A DNA stretch of 64,000 nt from the human T2T-CHM13v2.0 reference genome, Homo sapiens, in the NCBI RefSeq assembly GCF_009914755.1, contig NC_060927.1. One strand, 5' to 3'. The translations under genes were made by a program, and so were the position numbers. The notes below the pieces were generated by a model, which made no database searches, had not been told where the DNA came from, and worked only from the letters and a program-made list of their open reading frames with translations. This document shows, piece after piece, positions 1 to 13,449 of the stretch (positions are counted from its first letter, which is position 1; every line of letters begins with the position of its first letter).

Positions 1-250
1 CAGATCTCTGGGGCAGGGAAAAAATGTCTACAGTCTCTTTGCTAAAGCAAAGCAAGAGTCAATTTTACTCCAGTTCCCAACAAGTTCCTCATTTCCATCT
101 GAGACCACCTCAGCCTGGACTTCATTGTCGATATCACTATCAGCATTTTGGTCAAAGCCATTCAACAGGTCTCCAGGAAGTTCCAAACTTTCCCATATCT
201 CTGTCTTTTGTCTTCTTCTCAGCCCTCCAAACTGTTCCAGCCTCTGCCTG
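1..250 (-). mobile_element. THE1/MST (MaLR) internal sequence, continuing beyond the window start
   Basis: Matches the reverse complement of MaLR-int (cagcattttggtcaaagccattcaaca, ctccaaactgttccagcctctgcctg). Resumes at 1008 after an inserted LTR. Confidence 0.9.
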
Positions 251-1007
251 TGTTGATGAAAAGAGTCAAACTCTGTAAAGTATTTTAAGAGATTTATTCT
301 GAGCCAAATATGAGTGACCATGGCTCGTGACACAGCCCCCAGGAGGTCCGGAGAACATGTGCTCAAGGTGCTCAGGGTACAGCTTGATTTTACATATTTT
401 AGGAAGGCATGAGACATCAATCAAATACATTTACGAAATACATGGTGTGGTTCAGAAAGGTGGGACAACTCAAAGCATGGGCTTCCAGGCTATATGTAAA
501 TTTAAAGATTTTCTGGTTGACAATTGGTTGAGTGTATCTGAAGACCTGGGATCAATAGAAATGAAGTGTTCAGGTTAAGATAAAAGATTGTGCAGACCAA
601 GTTTTATTGTGCAGAAGAAGCTCTCAGATAGCAGACTTCAGAGAGAACACGTTGTAAAATATTTCTTATCTGCCTTAAAAGGGTGCCTGGCTCTTAGCTG
701 ATTATCTGTTGGATCTGGAAAGGAAGGAAAGAAAAAAAAAAGGGAAAGGGGATTCGCTATAGAATGTGGATTTTTCCCGTAAGAGACTTCACAGGGCAAT
801 TTCAGGGTATAGCAAGGAAATACATTTTGGGGTAAAACATTTTGATTTTCTTCCTTGTTATGCCAGAGTCAGATGGGAAAGTTAGTCACAATATACAGGG
901 TTAAATGAAACCCATCTGATGAGAATTTATGATTTGTAGGGTATGAGTCCCCAGACTCCTTAGATAGGAATTTAGGCCAGATAAGAAAAATCAGAGTTTA
1001 GTCCTCA
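251..1007 (-). mobile_element. MER4-family (MER4E-like) ERV1 solo LTR inserted into THE1-int
   Basis: TG...CA termini; the minus strand starts TGAGGACTAAACTCTGATTTTT. Perfect 4-bp TSD CCTG (247-250 / 1008-1011). Confidence 0.85.
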
Positions 1008-1088
1008 CCTGTTATCCAATTCCTGAGTCACTTCCACATTTTCAGGTTATCTTTAAAACAGTACCCCACTCTACCAGTACCAATTTCC
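1008..1088 (-). mobile_element. THE1-int 5' end
   Basis: cacttccacattttcagg...ccccactctaccagtaccaattt is the start of THE1-int, adjoining the 5' LTR. Confidence 0.85.
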
Positions 1089-1444
1089 TGTATTAGTCTG
1101 CTTTCACACTCCTCTAAAGAATATCTGAGACTGCATAATTTATAAAGAAAGGAGGTTTAGTTGAGTCACAGTTTCACATGGCTGGAGAGCCCTCAGGAAA
1201 CTTATAATCATGGCAGAAGTTGAAGGGGAAGCACTTTCTTTATAAGGTGGCAGGAGGGGGAGAGCAGGGGAAACTGCCATTTATAAAACCATCAGATCTC
1301 ATAAGAATTCACTCACTATCATGAGAACAGCATGGGGTAAACAGCCCCCATGATCCAGTCACCTTCCACCAGGGCCCTCCCTTGACAAGTGGAGATTACA
1401 TTTGAGATGAGATTTGGGTGGGGACACAGAGCCAAACCATATCA
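1089..1444 (-). mobile_element. THE1D-like MaLR 5' LTR
   Basis: Minus strand begins TGATATGGTTTGGCTCTGTGTCCCCACCCAAATCTCATCTC and ends ...GACTAATACA. Confidence 0.9.
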
Positions 1445-1763
1445 GTACTTTTTCTTTTTTAATATCTGTGATAATTTGTTGCATCTTACAATAAGTACTA
1501 AGCCACAGTCTAATTGCCAGCTTTGTTTTCTTTCTCAGTGCTATACAAGGTAATGAATGGTACCTCTTACTGTCAGTGGTGTCTTGGATTTGGCAGAACA
1601 TGATGCATACCTCTGTAATAGCCTAGCAGGTCCCCAGATGCCCAAATATCAGGTCTCATGCAATGCTTTTATTTCTTCAAAACTTCGTGTCCTGAAAGTA
1701 TGAAACATAAAACTTCCTCCCAATTTAATAACAATTAATTTTCCTCTGGAGAGAGATTCCTGG

Positions 1764-1996
1764 CAGGGCCACCTCACTGATTGTCAGTTTATGTACTGCA
1801 AGAAGGTGCTTGGTCAAAGGAGGTGATGTAACCCTGCCAGTGCTTCCTCCACTTGGCTGGCTGTGGAGAAAGGCCATAGGAAGGAATGCCTTTTGGTAAT
1901 TCATCTGCTCAGACTGGGTGAGGTTTGAATTTGTCCACCCAGAGCAGCTACCTTTTTATAATTCACACAGGCATAGTTGTGCAAGCTGCAGGCCTG
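1764..1996 (+). mobile_element. MER91A-like hAT-Tip100 DNA transposon
   Basis: CAGGGCC...GGCCTG termini and the diagnostic cctttttataattcacac segment; diverged. Confidence 0.55.
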
Positions 1997-2159
1997 ACTC
2001 CCCATATCATAGTTTTAACTTAATCTCTTTCTTTTTCCATCCAGTCATCTCTCTGTCTTCATTGTTTCTTACCTTCCAAGGAGCCTAAATTTAAAGGAAG
2101 CTTAATTTAGTTTTCCTATCTACGTGCAGATAAATTCTATCTCTAGAGGATGTTAATTA

Positions 2160-2696
2160 TTTTTTTGACCTTTCAGCATCCATTTCTTCCTCTTTTCGTA
2201 ACTGTTCTCTGATTTCTCTATGGACAGTCACTGCCTCCCGCATGCTCAGCCCAAGAATTCTGAAACGGTTTTGGGCAGGGGTAGGAACATGTATGACATA
2301 GAACTAAGTCAGAGCATTGTGCCTCTCCGACCATAGAGGAACCTGGTCTGATCAGAGTTAAGAAGATAGAGTGGACCCTCTTCCTAGGAATCCTGGCCAA
2401 CAGACTCTCATGGTTTGCTGTACTTTGAATAAAGAGGAGATAAGGTCTGGAGCTGCTGTTGTGGCCTTGAGCCACAGTGGTGGAACTTCTTTGAGGATGA
2501 AGCCAACAACCTGGAAGGCTGAACTGAAAGGATGAGAGAAACTGAATCAAGATTACATTATTTAGGGTTTGAGAACAGCTGTATCTGAAACCAACAATAT
2601 TCCTGACATTATTATTATGTTAACAGATAAATACCCATTTTTACTTCAGCATGTGTGGGTAGACTACTTTTAATTTGCAGTTGAAGAGTCTGATAC
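2160..2696 (+). mobile_element. Old MLT1 (J/K-like) MaLR LTR
   Basis: ggagctgctg...gaggatgaagccaaca...cagctgtatctgaa...ttgcagttgaagagtctgatac motifs; boundaries approximate. Confidence 0.6.
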
Positions 2697-3735
2697 CCCC
2701 TCTCCCGTAATACCTACTGGTCTAAAACTATATCCAATTCTCTTATAGCTGTACGTGGGATGGGCTTGGTTTGTTCTGTCTTTATCTTTGTTGGCCTCTC
2801 TATGTGTCTCTCTTTTCCTGTTTCTGTCTCTATGTCTCTTGTTCCATTGTTTTTCTCTCTCTTTCTCTCTTCCTTTAGAAAGCTTTTAATAAGCTGTTGC
2901 TGAGACTTTTCATTACGATTATTTAGAAAGAAAATTATCTATTAGCCTAAAAGATAAAGCTTTTGGTGCTGAGTTGAGAGACTTTATTGTTATATCTGTT
3001 CTATTTTTTTCTGATCACCCTGGTTCCTGTGTTTATAGGTAGAAGACTTCTGGGTCTGAGGAGGAAATGTTTTTGTTAGCTAGCTTTGTAAAATATGAAT
3101 GAGCTCTGAATGCATTAGAAGGGTTAGTAATCAGTTGCTGTTTCTGAATGAATGTTCTTAGAACTTGGGAATTACGAAATCTTCAGCAATCAGTCAGGTA
3201 TTGTTAATAGACAGTTCTTAAGAAAAAAACATATTGATTTAAGTCTAGTTGCAGTAACTGGTTTCTCTAGGATGAGTAAGGTGATAGCATGTGACGCCAA
3301 GAGAGTAAAGGTTTTTATCTTTTTCGTTACCATCCAAGTGCTAAGTTAATAGAAGGTACTCAATAAATACTGGCTGAGTTCATGAATGAATGAATTAATG
3401 AAGATTCATTATTTTGGTTAATTGAGAATACTTGGTACTTGAGTTACTGTATATCATGTTCATGATCAATTTTGAGGAGATAAAATATATACAGTCCTAG
3501 TTATTTTGTGATTTAAATGTAGACATTTCTTGCCTGAAAAAGCAATTTCATAATAACATTTACTAGACAGATGTTGCTGATTCCTCTATTTTTCCCCAGG
3601 CCTTATCATTCCAGAATTATCTGTTGTTTATACTTCAAGTTTGGCAGCTCCCTATGGTGAGGTAGCTTCTCATTATTACAGAACCCCCCTTGTGATGCAA
3701 ATTTCTGGCTTGAAGAATCAGATAGCTTACTTCAC

Positions 3736-6148
3736 TATATGGTTTGGATGCTTGTCCCCTCCAAATCTCATGTTGAAATGTAATCCCCAGTATTGGAGGT
3801 GGGGCCTGGTGGGAGATGTTTTCATCATGGGGGTGGATTTCTCATGAGTGGCTTGGTGCCATCCTTATGGTAATGAGTGAGTTCTCACTCTATGAGTTCA
3901 CATGAGATCTGGTTGTTTTAAAAGCCTGGAAATTCCTCCTCTCTCTCTTGCTCCCTTTCTTGCCATGTGAGATGCCTGCTCCCCCTTTGCCTTCTGCCAT
4001 GATTGGAAGTTTCCTGAGGCCCTCACCAGGAGCGAACACTGGAGCCATGATTTCTGTACAGCCTACAGTTCTGTGAGCCAAGTAAACCAATTTTCTTTAA
4101 GAATTACATAGCCTCAGGTATTCCTTTTAGTAATGCAAATGTACTAACATGGAAAATTGGTACAAGGAGTCGGGCATTGCAATGAAGATACCTGATTATG
4201 TGGAGATGTCTTTGGAACTGTGTAATGGGCAGAGGTTGGAAGAGTTTAGAGGGCTCAGAAAAAGGAAGTTGAGAGAAAGTTTGGAACTTTTTAGAGACTT
4301 TTTAAATGGTTATGACCAAAATACTGTTAGAAATATGGACAGTGAAGGCCAGGTTGAGGAGGTCTCAGATGGAATGAGAAATTTACTGGGAATTAGAGCA
4401 AAGGTAACCCTTGCTATGCCACAGCAAAGAATTTGGCTGTATTGTGCCCATGTCCTAGGGCTTTGTGAAAGTGATGATTTAGGGTATCTGATAGAAGAAA
4501 TTTCTCAGTAGCAAAGCATTCAAGATGTTGCCTGGCTGCTTCTAATAGCCTGTGATCAGATACAGGGAACAAACACATGACTTAAAGTTGGAATATATAG
4601 TTTAAAGGGAAGCAAAATATTAAAGTTTGGGGAATTTACAGCCTGGCCTTGTATTAAGAGAAGGAAACAGCATTTTCAGGAGAGAAATTCAAGAGGACTG
4701 TGGAGCAACCACTTGCTAGAGAGATTAGCATGACTCAGGAGGAAATAAGAGTTTAAAAGGCCTCAAAGGCATTCCAAAAGTCTTCAGGATAGTCCCTCCC
4801 ATCCCAGGCCCAGAGGCTTCAGAAGAAAGAATGGTTTCAGGGGCCAGGCCTGGGACCCCACTGTCTAGCACAGCCTCAGAACACTACTCCCAACATACAT
4901 GCTGCTCCAGCTCTAGTTGAAGTTCAAAGAGCCCCAAGTACAGCTTGGAGTGTAAGCCATAAGACTTGGTGGCTTCTATATGGTGTTAACTCTGCCGGTG
5001 TGCAGAAGCAAGAGTGAAGAAGGCTTAGCAGCTTCCACCTAGATTTCAGAAGATGTATTGGAAACCCTGGGTGCCTAGGCAGAGCATGCTGCAGGGGCAG
5101 AGCCCTCAGAGAGACTCTATTAAGGCATTGCCAAGGGGAAATGTGAGGTTGTAATACCCCCACAGTGTCCCACCAGGGAGGACATGCTTAGTCTAGCTGT
5201 GGGAAGGAGGATTCTGCCCTCTAAACCTGAGAATGGTAGAGCCACAAGCAGCTTGCACCCTGTGCCTGGGAAAGCCACAGGCACTTAACTTCAGCCCATG
5301 AGAGCAGCCACAGGGGCCATACCCTGCAAAGCCATAGGGGCAGACGTGCCCAAAACCTTGGGAGTTCACCCTTTGCACCAGTGAGCCATGGATGCAGGAG
5401 ATAAAGTCAAGGATTGTTTTGGAGCTTTCAGGTTTAATGTCTGTCATGCTGGGTTTCTGAATTATGTGGGGCCTACTGCCCCCTTCTTTTGGATGATTTG
5501 TCCCTTTTGGAATGGGAAAGCTTACCCAATGCCTATACTCCCATTGTATCTTGGAAGCAAATGACTTGGTTTTGATTTTACAGGCTCATAGGTGAAAGGA
5601 AGATGAGTCTCAGATGAGACTTTGGACTTTGGACATAGGACTTTTGGTTTGATGCTGGAACCAGTTAAGACTTTGGGGAACTATTAAGAGGGGATGATTA
5701 TATTTTCGATGTGATAAGACATGAGATTTGGGAGGCCAGGACAGAATTATATAGTTTGGAAATTTATCCCCTCAAAACCTCATGTTAAAATGTAGTCCCC
5801 AGTGTTGGAGTTGGAACCTGGTGAGGGGTGTTTGGATCATGGAGGTGGATCCTTCATTAATTACTTGGCCCATCCTCATGGTAATGAGTGACTTCTTATG
5901 AGATCTTGTTTAAAAGAGCCTAGAACGTCCTTCCCTCTCTCATCCATTTTTCACCATGTGACATTCCTGCTCCCCCTTTGTCTTTCACCATGATTGCAAG
6001 CTTCCCAAGGCCCTCACCAGGAGCAGATGGTATTGTCATGCTGCCTGTATAGCCTGCAGAACTATGAGCTGAAATAAACCCCTTTTCTGTATAAATTAAA
6101 TTACCCAGCTTCAGGTATTCTTTATAGCAATGCACGTGGACTAGCATA
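3736..6148 (+). mobile_element. Full-length MSTB-like MaLR element (5' LTR ~3736-4149, internal ~4150-5747, 3' LTR ~5748-6148)
   Basis: Two similar LTRs starting tatat(g/a)gtttgga. Internal region starts gaaaattggtac and ends in purine-rich gggaggccaggacagaa. The internal ORF is broken by stops. Confidence 0.92.
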
Positions 6149-6193
6149 CCCACGATTCTGGACTTCTGTATATCTGAGTGTGCTTCAGACCAA

Positions 6194-6627
6194 TTTTTTT
6201 TTTCTTCAACTCTTAAGTTCTGGGATACATGTGCAGGATGTGCAGCTTTGTTACATAGGTAAACACGTGCCATAGTGGTTTGCTGCACAGATCATCCCAT
6301 CCATAGGTCTTAAGTCCAGCATCCATTAGCTATTCCTTCTGATACTCTCCCTTCTCCTACCCCACTGACAGGCCCCGGTGTGTGTTGTTCCTCCCCATAT
6401 GTTCATGTGTTCTCATCATTCAGCTCCCACTTATAACTGAGAACATGCAGTGTTTGGTTTTCTGTTCCTATGTTAGTTTGCTGAGACTATTGGCTTCCAA
6501 TTCCATCCATGTCCCTGCAAAGGACATGATCTCGTTCCTTTTTATGGCTGCATAGTTTTTCATGGTATGTATGTACCGCATTTTCTTTATCCAGTCTATC
6601 ATTGATGGGTATTTAGGTTGATTCCAT
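6194..6627 (-). mobile_element. 5'-truncated L1PA (L1PA8-like) 3' end
   Basis: Poly-T followed by caactcttaagttctgggatacatgtgcagg...ggtttgctgcac...ccagtctatcattgatggg. Confidence 0.92.
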
Positions 6628-8269
6628 CAAATCAATTCATTTGGATAATTAAAAGAGTAACTTGTAGACAGAGATAGAACATTCTCTCTATTGTTCGATA
6701 ATGCATCCCTAGATTCCTGGTGTGATTCATTAGATCTACCCCCTTTAAACAATGACCTTATTACCGCCATGCTACTTTCAATCTCAGATCCTAACATTCT
6801 TCCTTTTCCAGAACATCTGGCCAGGAGCATCTCTTCAAAGCCATGATAAGCTACTATGTCCCCATTTGAATGCTAAAATCACTTAATTTTTTTGGATAAA
6901 TTCACATAGAATCTCAAAAGTTTTATTTTAGGCAATGACATTTCTTACAGATGATTTTTCCCATATTTCCATCTGTATTGAGGGGAGTCCATGTTTAGCT
7001 CATAATTTGCTCACACAGTCAGTGCTACTTAGGACTAAATGTATGACAAATATTTGTATAGTTTTCTTTTGCTGAAAGCTATTCTTTACAAAGAAGGTGC
7101 AGGTAGCACTTCTACAGAGTGCATTTTACATCTGCTTGAATGACATATTGTATAAAGTCTTCAGAGGGAGTCTTCGCACTGCAGATAAACAATAAAACAG
7201 AGTTATTCCCCACAAGGGATTTGAAGTCATAGCCCATTACATTTATTGACAAAGAACAAATTATTCTCTTCATTATAGTTAATACAGGGAGCCAAGTGAT
7301 TCAGACTCCTAATTCATATACTTTATCCCCTTTCCTCTCCAAAATTACTTACTAGAAATAAAAGTTTAATGACTATATGTTGGGTGATTACATAATTTTT
7401 CACTCTACTGAATTCCTGCTTTTTCATTTAAGGATGATTTTGTAATAACTAGGGAGCTTGCTTACTTACATTCTCAGGCAGTATTTGATATCGCTTGGAG
7501 TGGCTTAGACCTTAAATGTTTAATATCGTTTACATTGCGTTGCGTTGGTAATTGAATCAGCACCACACTCCAGTCACTCAATCTTTTTACTTTTTGAAAC
7601 CACACTTTTCCCTGGACAATTGAAAAGCTACATTTAATGAAGTTAAGGGCTCACACTTGTAAGTGTCAATTTTTGTTGCATCATTTAAATTATCCGTGGC
7701 AATCCATTTACTGAACACTCTTCCTAACTCTTTCCTTGGGTGTCTACACAGGCAAAGGGAGGAGGGAGGTAAGTAGAATTGCCTTAATAATGTAAGCCAA
7801 AACAAATAACAAAATTGTGTGATGACAGTAAGTAGTGTTATACCCAATTGATGAATGTATCTTTTGATGGAGTCTCTGGTCTGTAGTATATTTTTCTCCG
7901 AAATGCAGCCCAAGGTTGTAACAGAGTCAGGGTGCTCATAGATTTCAGATTGACATCTTTTATTCCTCCCTAACTTGACAAAACATTACAGATGTTGTGA
8001 TTGATTTTCACTGGATTCACAAAACTTCAAGGTAGCATCCAACTGGGGAAAGAGAGGCCTCAGCTGAAAGTCGGGCACTTGATTCTCATTGGCTACTACT
8101 TGGCAAGCCATTTAACCCTTTCTATTAGTTTAAGATCTGTTATGATTATTTTATTGTTAGGTAGATAACGTGAACAAGTCACTTCCAGTGAGCAGAAGGA
8201 AGGGAAACTCGCATCTATAGGCTGACTGTGTGGTGATATAAAAATGAGACAAAATTTAGCATAAGACAG

Positions 8270-8480
8270 GCACCTATACACTCAAATCTATCTTGTTGTG
8301 CGACCATGGATTAATCAACCTCCTTGGGCCTTTGTTTTCTTATCTATAAATGGAAATACTGATGCCTTATTTACTTTAAAATTGTATCCATTTTTATACA
8401 TATGTGCAGAAATCCGAATATACTTATTAAACATATTAATCCTGTCTCAGTACCTGCAACATAGGAAATATTTAAATGCA
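8270..8480 (+). mobile_element. MIR SINE fragment
   Basis: tgtgcgaccatgg...aacctccttgggcctttgttttcttatctataaatgg core. Confidence 0.55.
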
Positions 8481-8885
8481 AATTGTGTTGCCTTTCCTTT
8501 CCCACTTTCTTGTAATCATCCTAGGCGCAGGTAAGTATGTAAGAAGCATTTGCATGGTTCATGGCAAAACAAGTATTACCGTAACTTTTATAAAATTTCC
8601 TCTAATGGGGAAGCCTTAGTGAAAACCATATACTGCCTGTAAGTGCATAGCATGGCAGAGGTAAGACAAAGTAGTGAAGGATGCTGGAAAGAAGTGGGGA
8701 TGAGTCCTAGAGAACTTGAAGGTCAAGTCTAGGCACCGAGGCTTTGGACAACAGAAAATAGGAACTGCCGCAGAAGCCTGGATGGGGAATTGAAATAGGC
8801 AACATTTAGACCATGCTGAAAGCCTAAAAGCCAGTGAGAAAGGGTCTATGAAAGTGAATGCTAATGGAACATTACATGGTTTATG

Positions 8886-9183
8886 GGTTGGGCAGTGTGG
8901 CTCATGCCTGTAATTCTAGCAGTTTGGGAAGCCAAGGCAGGTGGATCACCTGAGGTCAGGAGTTTGAGACCAGCTGGGCCAACATGGTGAAACCCCATCT
9001 CTAATAAAAATACAAAAATTAGCCAGGTGTGGTGGCACACACCTGTAGCTGCAGCTACTCGGGAGGCTGGGTCAGAAGAATAGCCTGAACCAGGGAGGTG
9101 GAGATTGTAGTGAGCTGAGATTGTGCCACTGCACTCCAGCCTCCATGACAGAGCAAGACTCTGTCTCAAAAAAAAAACCCCAA
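8886..9183 (+). mobile_element. AluS (Sx-like)
   Basis: Dimeric Alu with A tail. 18-bp TSD aacattacatggtttatg (8868-8885) / aacattatgtggtttatg (9184-9201). Confidence 0.97.
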
Positions 9184-9514
9184 AACATTATGTGGTTTAT
9201 GGCAACAGCAATAAACTGGTGATATGAGGAAAAAATCATTAGGAATTGACAACAAATTGGGAAACATGGGCACATAGAAGATGACTGTAGTTTTCTGTGT
9301 GAAAAATTGGGAATATGTCATTGTCATTAAGAAAGACAGAAACAGTAGAGAAAAAAGTTTTTGGTAAAGATGAAACATGTACAGAATTCAGAATTGATTT
9401 TAATGGTTCCAAAATCAGATTGGATTCCAACACTTAAAGAAATAGTTTTTTCCAACCAGTGGTAATTTATACTACAATTAGAATTTCACATGCATGTTAG
9501 AGAGAGGTTCTGAA

Positions 9515-9927
9515 CCAACCCAAATGCCCATCAAAGATAGACTGGATAAAGAAAATGTGGCACATATACACCATGGAATACTATGCAGCCATAAAAAAGG
9601 ATGAGTTCATGTCCTTTGCAGGGACATGGATGAAGCTGAAAACCATCATTCTCAGCAAACTAACACAGGAACAGAAAACCAAACACCTCATGCTCTTACT
9701 CATAAGTGGGAGTTGAACAATGAGAACACATGGACATAGGGAGGGGAACATCACACACCAGGGCCTGTTGGGAGATGGGGGGCTAGTGGAGGGATAGCAT
9801 TAGAAGAAATACCTAATGTAGATGATGAGTTGATGGGTGCAGCAAACCACCATGGCATGTGTATACCTATGTAACAAACTTGCATGTTCTGTACATGTAC
9901 CCCAGAACTTAAAGTATAATAAAAAAT
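9515..9927 (+). mobile_element. 5'-truncated L1PA (L1PA7-like) 3' end
   Basis: Typical L1 3' end finishing in cccagaacttaaagtataataaaaaa. Perfect 14-bp TSD agagaggttctgaa (9501-9514 / 9928-9941). Confidence 0.96.
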
Positions 9928-11722
9928 AGAGAGGTTCTGAAAAATATTTGATTTTTTGAAATAAAAATTCAGTGCATTAGAAAAGCAGGATCTTTAGAAG
10001 AATTCCTGCTGTGAATCATAAAAGAAAAAAATCTTTTCCTGATTTAGTGTATGCTTATTACCTCCAACTTCCCTCATTCATAACTTGGCAGTTTTACTTT
10101 GTTAGGTTAAGATAACAGCAGCATTAGCAGCAACAAATATCAACCTTTACATCTGCTTTTGCCTGCCGGGTCCTTACCCCAGTCGATGCAACAAATATTG
10201 AGTAATGGGTTGAGTGTCCTTTTCAAAAAGATAACCTAGTGATCTCTGGAAGATCTAGCAACCCATGTTTATAATTTTTAAGACTAACTGTCAAAGCTCA
10301 GGACATTCTGAATCTATTGATTTGTTGGAAAGTATTGGGCCTCCCTTTGTCTGCAGAAGAGATGGGAGGAACCATGAAAGTCTGGTCCATTAATCAGCTA
10401 GTTCATGCTATGCAGGAAATGCATAGGGTGCACAGAGATTGATAGGCCTTTGTGAAAACCTGATTAATGCATTTGTTCCCACCAAGTGGCTTCTAATCTC
10501 TTTTATGGGTGAAGAAATTTTTATGTCTTGCTGGCACCTTATAAAATGTACTAATACTTCCCCATTTCCTGACTTCTGAGTGATTCCATTTTACCTCTGC
10601 AAGCACAGCCCACATTCCATGACCAGAGATTGAATCGCAGATTTTCTGCTACTTGGGAGCTGTACCTAGGGAATAGCAGAAGCGGGTAATTGCCTTACTC
10701 TGCTGGGAGACTGATTAGCGTCAGGGAGGCAACGATTTTCTTCTCTTGGGGACTGGGAGCGGGTACGAGCAGAGTACCAAAAAGGTTATTTTTATTAAGA
10801 CCTGAAGATTGTGTTCAAACAGCCTATAATTTCTTTATAATTACATAGTGGGAACTGTCCCACTCCCTTTCCTTATTCTCTTAATGTCCAGTTTAAAGCC
10901 CTGCCACCCATTCACTGTAAATCTAGAAATACTGGACTTGAGGAGGTAGGTAGGAGGCATTTTATTAGACTTGTTCTGTTTTAAAATGGAGTTTGTGTCT
11001 TATGGTCTTAGACTCTTTCCTAGATACTTTAAATTTTTCTAAAACAAATTCTAATTATTTCAAGTTTAAAAAGAACCCACAATGATTTCAACACTACAAA
11101 AATGCATAGACAGAATGAAAAAAATCAATCCCCCAAATCATCCAAAAACTTCAGGAAAAAATATGAAACAAAGATACAAACTCCATTGTTTGGTCAGATC
11201 TGGAAAGAGCTCCAAAATATTGATAAGACTTTCAAGAACAACTGCATTCCTGCAGAGACCATCTGGAAAGAACTAGAGAAAAGCAGAAGAGAAAGAGCTC
11301 CGTTTTGACAGAGCTCAGAAACTATCAAAAGATATATTTCTTGATGGTGAAAGGCAAAAACTAATACTCATTTTTTCAATACTCACTGTGGAAATAGATG
11401 AACTAGGTGACAGCAGAACTATCTGGATCCAGGATGGTTCAGGAAACAATGAGAGTGGGTCTCCATGAAGAATCATACGAAACATCTATATTTCTGGATT
11501 TTTTAAAGTTTTTTTTTTTTTTTGTAACAACTGAACACAATTAAAATGGGCTTTTTGATAGAAAAAAATATTTGCTAAAAGTGTCCACAGGAAAAATATG
11601 TAATAAGGGCAGAGTGATTTCCATATAAAAAGTAGTAAAAAATGTGATGGAAATGTTCACAAAAAAGCAGCAGGATAGTTTCACAGAGTAGTGCTACCAA
11701 ACTATTAAAGAATAGAAAAATT

Positions 11723-12018
11723 GGCCAGGCGCAGTGGCTCATGCCTGTAATCCCAGCACTTTGGGAGGCTGAGGTGGGTGGATCACTTGAGGCCAGGAGT
11801 TAGAGATCAGCCTGGGCAACATGGCAAAACCCAATCTCTACTAAAAATACAAAAATTAGCCAGCGTGGTGGCATGTGCCTGTAAGCCCAGCTACTCAGGA
11901 GGCTGAGGGAGGAGAATGACTTGAACTGGGGAGGCGGAGGTTGCATTGAGCCAAGATCATGTCACTGCACTTCAGTGACAGAGCAAGACTGTCTCAAAAA
12001 AAAAAAAAAAAAAAAGAA
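11723..12018 (+). mobile_element. Alu (Sz/Jb-like)
   Basis: ggccaggcgcagtggctc...poly-A; TSD agaaaaatt on both sides. Confidence 0.96.
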
Positions 12019-13096
12019 AGAAAAATTACAATGCTGTTGAATATGGTTCAGAACACAAGGAAAAGATTAACAGAAAATTTTACTTGTTTTAAAAGACAGA
12101 ATACAAAACTATTCCTGAAATCTGACATAGATTGTTGAAGAGAGAGAAAAATGATACCATAGCTCACCAAATGCAATAATACCTCCTTGTAAATAATCAA
12201 TATTTATAAATAGTCACTATTAAAAGATTTCCTAATATTAACCACATTGGTCATGACCTAAAGAGAAAAATCATTACTTTCTTCATGCATGCTGAAAAGG
12301 CATTTGATAAAATCCAACTTTCATTCAGAATAAATACAATCAATAAACATATATGAATTCTTCTTTAAGTTGATAAAACATTATAAACCAGCATGGTCCC
12401 TACTGGAGAAACACTGAAAGGTTTCCCACATGAAGTCAGGAACAGGCAGCATTAGGTACCATCACTGCAGTGCTGTACTTCATGTTGCATTAGAAGTGCT
12501 AGCTAATGTAATCCGGTCAAGAACAAGGTTAGAGATATAAAAAATGTGTTAGGAGCATATAAAATATCTTTATTTTCAGATGAAATAATTGTATCCCTGG
12601 AAAATACAAGAGAGTCAACTCTAAGAATAATTCAACAAGTTGTTGGGATTAAAAAGTGTATATATAAATCAATAATTGTCATATATTCACACAAGCCAGT
12701 TAGAAAATATATTGCAAAGAAGACTCTCCTTAATTGCAACACAGAAGATAAAATACAAAGGAATTAACAAGAAATACACAAGATCTTTTCGAAGAAAGCA
12801 TGAACAAATTGAATACATACTATACCCTTGAGTAGAAAGAATGTGGTAATGATCTCAAACTTCTCTCAGTGACTACTAAATTAGGCATGATTTCAGTTAA
12901 AATACCAATAGGTGAGTTTCTCTCTTTCTGAATTGGACAAGGTATTGTAAAGTTTATATTACAAAATAAAAAGTGTTATTATACATCAGAGTGTACAACA
13001 AAGTTTCGTTAAGAGTGTGATACTGGCACATGAGCTGACATATCAATGGACTAGAGTTTAAAGTCGAAGAACAGAAGCATTTAAACACAAAATTAG

Positions 13097-13449
<353 letters not shown>

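Noticed and set aside
28-420. 130-aa ORF resembling the 4149-4511 ORF (ESLEL, NG.DQN...VSDG)
   Set aside because: Both are remnants of the MaLR internal ORF; this one is a chimera across the MER4/THE1 junction.
8861-9169. Alu-derived ORFs (also 13100-13452, 27195-27621, 28028-28240, 42831-43088, 43677-43991, 50381-50708)
   Set aside because: Typical Alu read-through peptides ([13 protein letters not shown]); not genes.
6194-9927. Inverted L1PA 3' ends about 2.9 kb apart
   Set aside because: Different subfamilies and independent insertions (the second has its own TSD); not one inverted element.
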